Under the pieces are notes generated by a model. That model did not search any database, was not told where the DNA came from, and saw only the letters and a program-made list of their open reading frames with translations. Positions 61,865 to 64,000 of a DNA stretch of 64,000 nucleotides are shown here, one piece after another. Position 1 is the stretch's first letter, and each line of letters starts with the position of its first letter. The position numbers were made by a program, and so were the translations under genes. The stretch spans positions 248,001-312,000 of the forward strand of contig JAQGDQ010000012.1 of NCBI GenBank assembly GCA_030141605.1, in the 5' to 3' direction. The stretch comes from Tubiluchus corallicola (taxonomy: Eukaryota > Animalia > Priapulida).

Positions 61865-64000
61865 ACGCTGTGAAGGAATCTGGACTTCGTTTGGACATAG
61901 AATGTCAGCATAGAGTGTTACGTCTACTTCATGACTTTGTTAATCACTTACTGTTTTATGCTCAAAAGATCTTTCTCAGGCTCTATAAAGATACGATCAT
62001 TTTTTGAAAGGCAGTCTATTCATGATTATTTATTTCGCTAGGGGTAAATGATCTGCATAATTTGGTGTGCATTACATGCTTAATGTCAAACATCACCATG
62101 CGGCGTTTGTGTGGGTTTTGCTCAAACACTTCATTCACTTTACTAACATTTCTCTGTGGTTTTTATGTAGGCTGTATGTGCTATCTTCTGTTAAGTTTCA
62201 GAGATTGTTTTGTACCATTTTAAGGCACGTGAAGTACATATATTTCCTATGTTTAATACGTTTCGTCATGTCGCTGTTTGTATCCTTGTCATTTTTTCAG
62301 GGTTTTTGTAGAAGTTGTGCTTCCTTTTTAGAATCAAAGTTAGTAAAACAAAGGTCTGAAAAACTAAAATGCGATCTCTTAAATTTAATGTAATCTCTTT
62401 TTTGCATTTAGTTTCTTTACTATTTAGAAATAAGAATCTCTGCACTTGGACAGGACTAACATAAATCTCTATGTATGATCTCTATGTTATTTGTATTTAT
62501 GCTCAATGTACTGGATTGTAGCATAATACTAGTAAAGTTTTACCACATGACATTGTGTTTTGCATTATTTGAATATATTTTCTGTTTATGTCAATGTTAG
62601 TTCACATTAACTGTATGAGTGTCTCACAGATGGTAAATATAATAATATGTGATACTGTGTAAAGTCATAACTTACATATCTATGTAATTTGTGTGATTTC
62701 ATGGCCATGCATTGTTCCTGTTATTTATAAATTTGCTGTACAAATTAACTGCTGCTTATTTCTAGATGTATTGTACAGAATTTGGTTTCTTTATGTACGT
62801 AAACCTAGTTTGTATAATTGGGGTATGACATTTTAAGCTCTTTGTTAAACATTGATCCATGACTGTGCATAATTAATCATTAGTGATATATTATTTTTTG
62901 TATGCAACAAGTAACATGGATCTTCTTAGCTACATTTTTGAGTCTTTTACTGCATTAGCTACCTCAATGAGAATTGTAAGTTGTACATTGCTTTGTATTA
63001 TTGCGATTTTTGTTGAAGCATAGGCTGTCTAACGTATTATATTACTGTAATGTAAATTAGTTGTATAAAATCTAGCAAACGTTCTGATAATGGTTACTCT
63101 TAATGTGAGCGATTTTAGGTTGGTATGTAAAAAAATGCTAGCATTCTGTGTAATATTTAAGCCATTCATCTCTATGTAAATGTGGAATAAGTTAACTTAT
63201 GGTGTTGCTATCAGTTACTCATCATTGATAAGAACAGCTTAAGTAACTGTTGTCATTGTGAGAATGCTCATTTTTGTGGATTATGTGCATAAAAATGCTT
63301 AAAAATACAAAATTATACACAGATAATAACCATAGTTAGTCTGTCTATTTGACTAGTCTTTGAACCCGGTATGTCCACTTTTCCGTTGTAAGTTATTGTA
63401 GTTCATTTTGAACATTTGGTAGTTTTCTTTCTTCCTAGATAGTAACTGAAGTTTGTTTTCCCTTATATTTCCAAGTGTAGTTAAAATATAATACTGTGTA
63501 GCCAAAAAATTATTTCGTTGTAGCATTCTGCGAAGATCGTTGTTCATTCAAGTTCCAACTATTTCTATTTCAGCCATTTTCACGTCAATACTGGTATCAT
63601 GTGGAGACAATATTTCAAGTCAGACTTGCATTACAAAAATGTTATTAATTGAGTGCTCATGTATTTATACAAAGAAATGCAATGCAAACATATCAAAAGT
63701 AGTAAGGTAGCAAAATACGTGTAATAGATACGTAGAAAAATGATATCTAGCTATTACATGTATTTTGCTTTCTTACTCTAATTACATGTTTGCACTGCAT
63801 TTTTTGAATTGGTACATGAGCATGGATATCATTTTTGTAATGTATGTCTGCTGATTTTAGGTTTTCCGGCGCTCTGTAAGAAGCCTTAAAATTCCTCCTT
63901 GGATTAATTAAGTATTTCGTTGTAATTTTTTATTGTTTAAGATATACTACAGAAATGATGATCACTCGCACTGTTGCTACATGGCAATTAAAGTTACAGG

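Noticed and set aside
61862-61873. Stop-codon readthrough of GLUT (TAG ACG CTG TGA) creating a PDZ motif
   Set aside because: TAG-A is not a leaky context, and the extended end x-T-L lacks Ser/Thr at position -2, so no class I motif results.

Overview
AT-rich eukaryotic DNA, apparently from an invertebrate animal, with spliceosomal introns and no prokaryotic features. Three intact multi-exon genes can be spliced by hand: ANKRD50 (+, 8 coding exons, about 1309 aa, one GC-AG intron, C-terminal PDZ-binding motif KESPI), a WIPI1/2 (Atg18) PROPPIN (-, 11 coding exons, about 447 aa, FRRG motif) and a class I GLUT/SLC2A sugar transporter (+, 9 coding exons, about 516 aa). An antisense signal peptide-CUB-like-EGF gene with an unspliced ORF and a decayed C-terminus is nested in the transporter's first coding intron. 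Intergenic and intronic DNA holds a CR1-type LINE (FP-like ORF1, PHD-APE-RT ORF2), two TA-flanked pogo-type MITEs, a long foldback element, two RTE insertions with exact target-site duplications, L2 and Tc1 relics, a tRNA-like sequence, microsatellites and an inverted pair of Penelope-type minimal hammerhead motifs. The most interesting leads are the hammerhead pair, the nested CUB-EGF gene, candidate alternative exons in WIPI and GLUT, and the adjacency of three genes whose mammalian homologues all act in retromer-dependent GLUT1 recycling. All gene models and family assignments are by eye; no searches were run.
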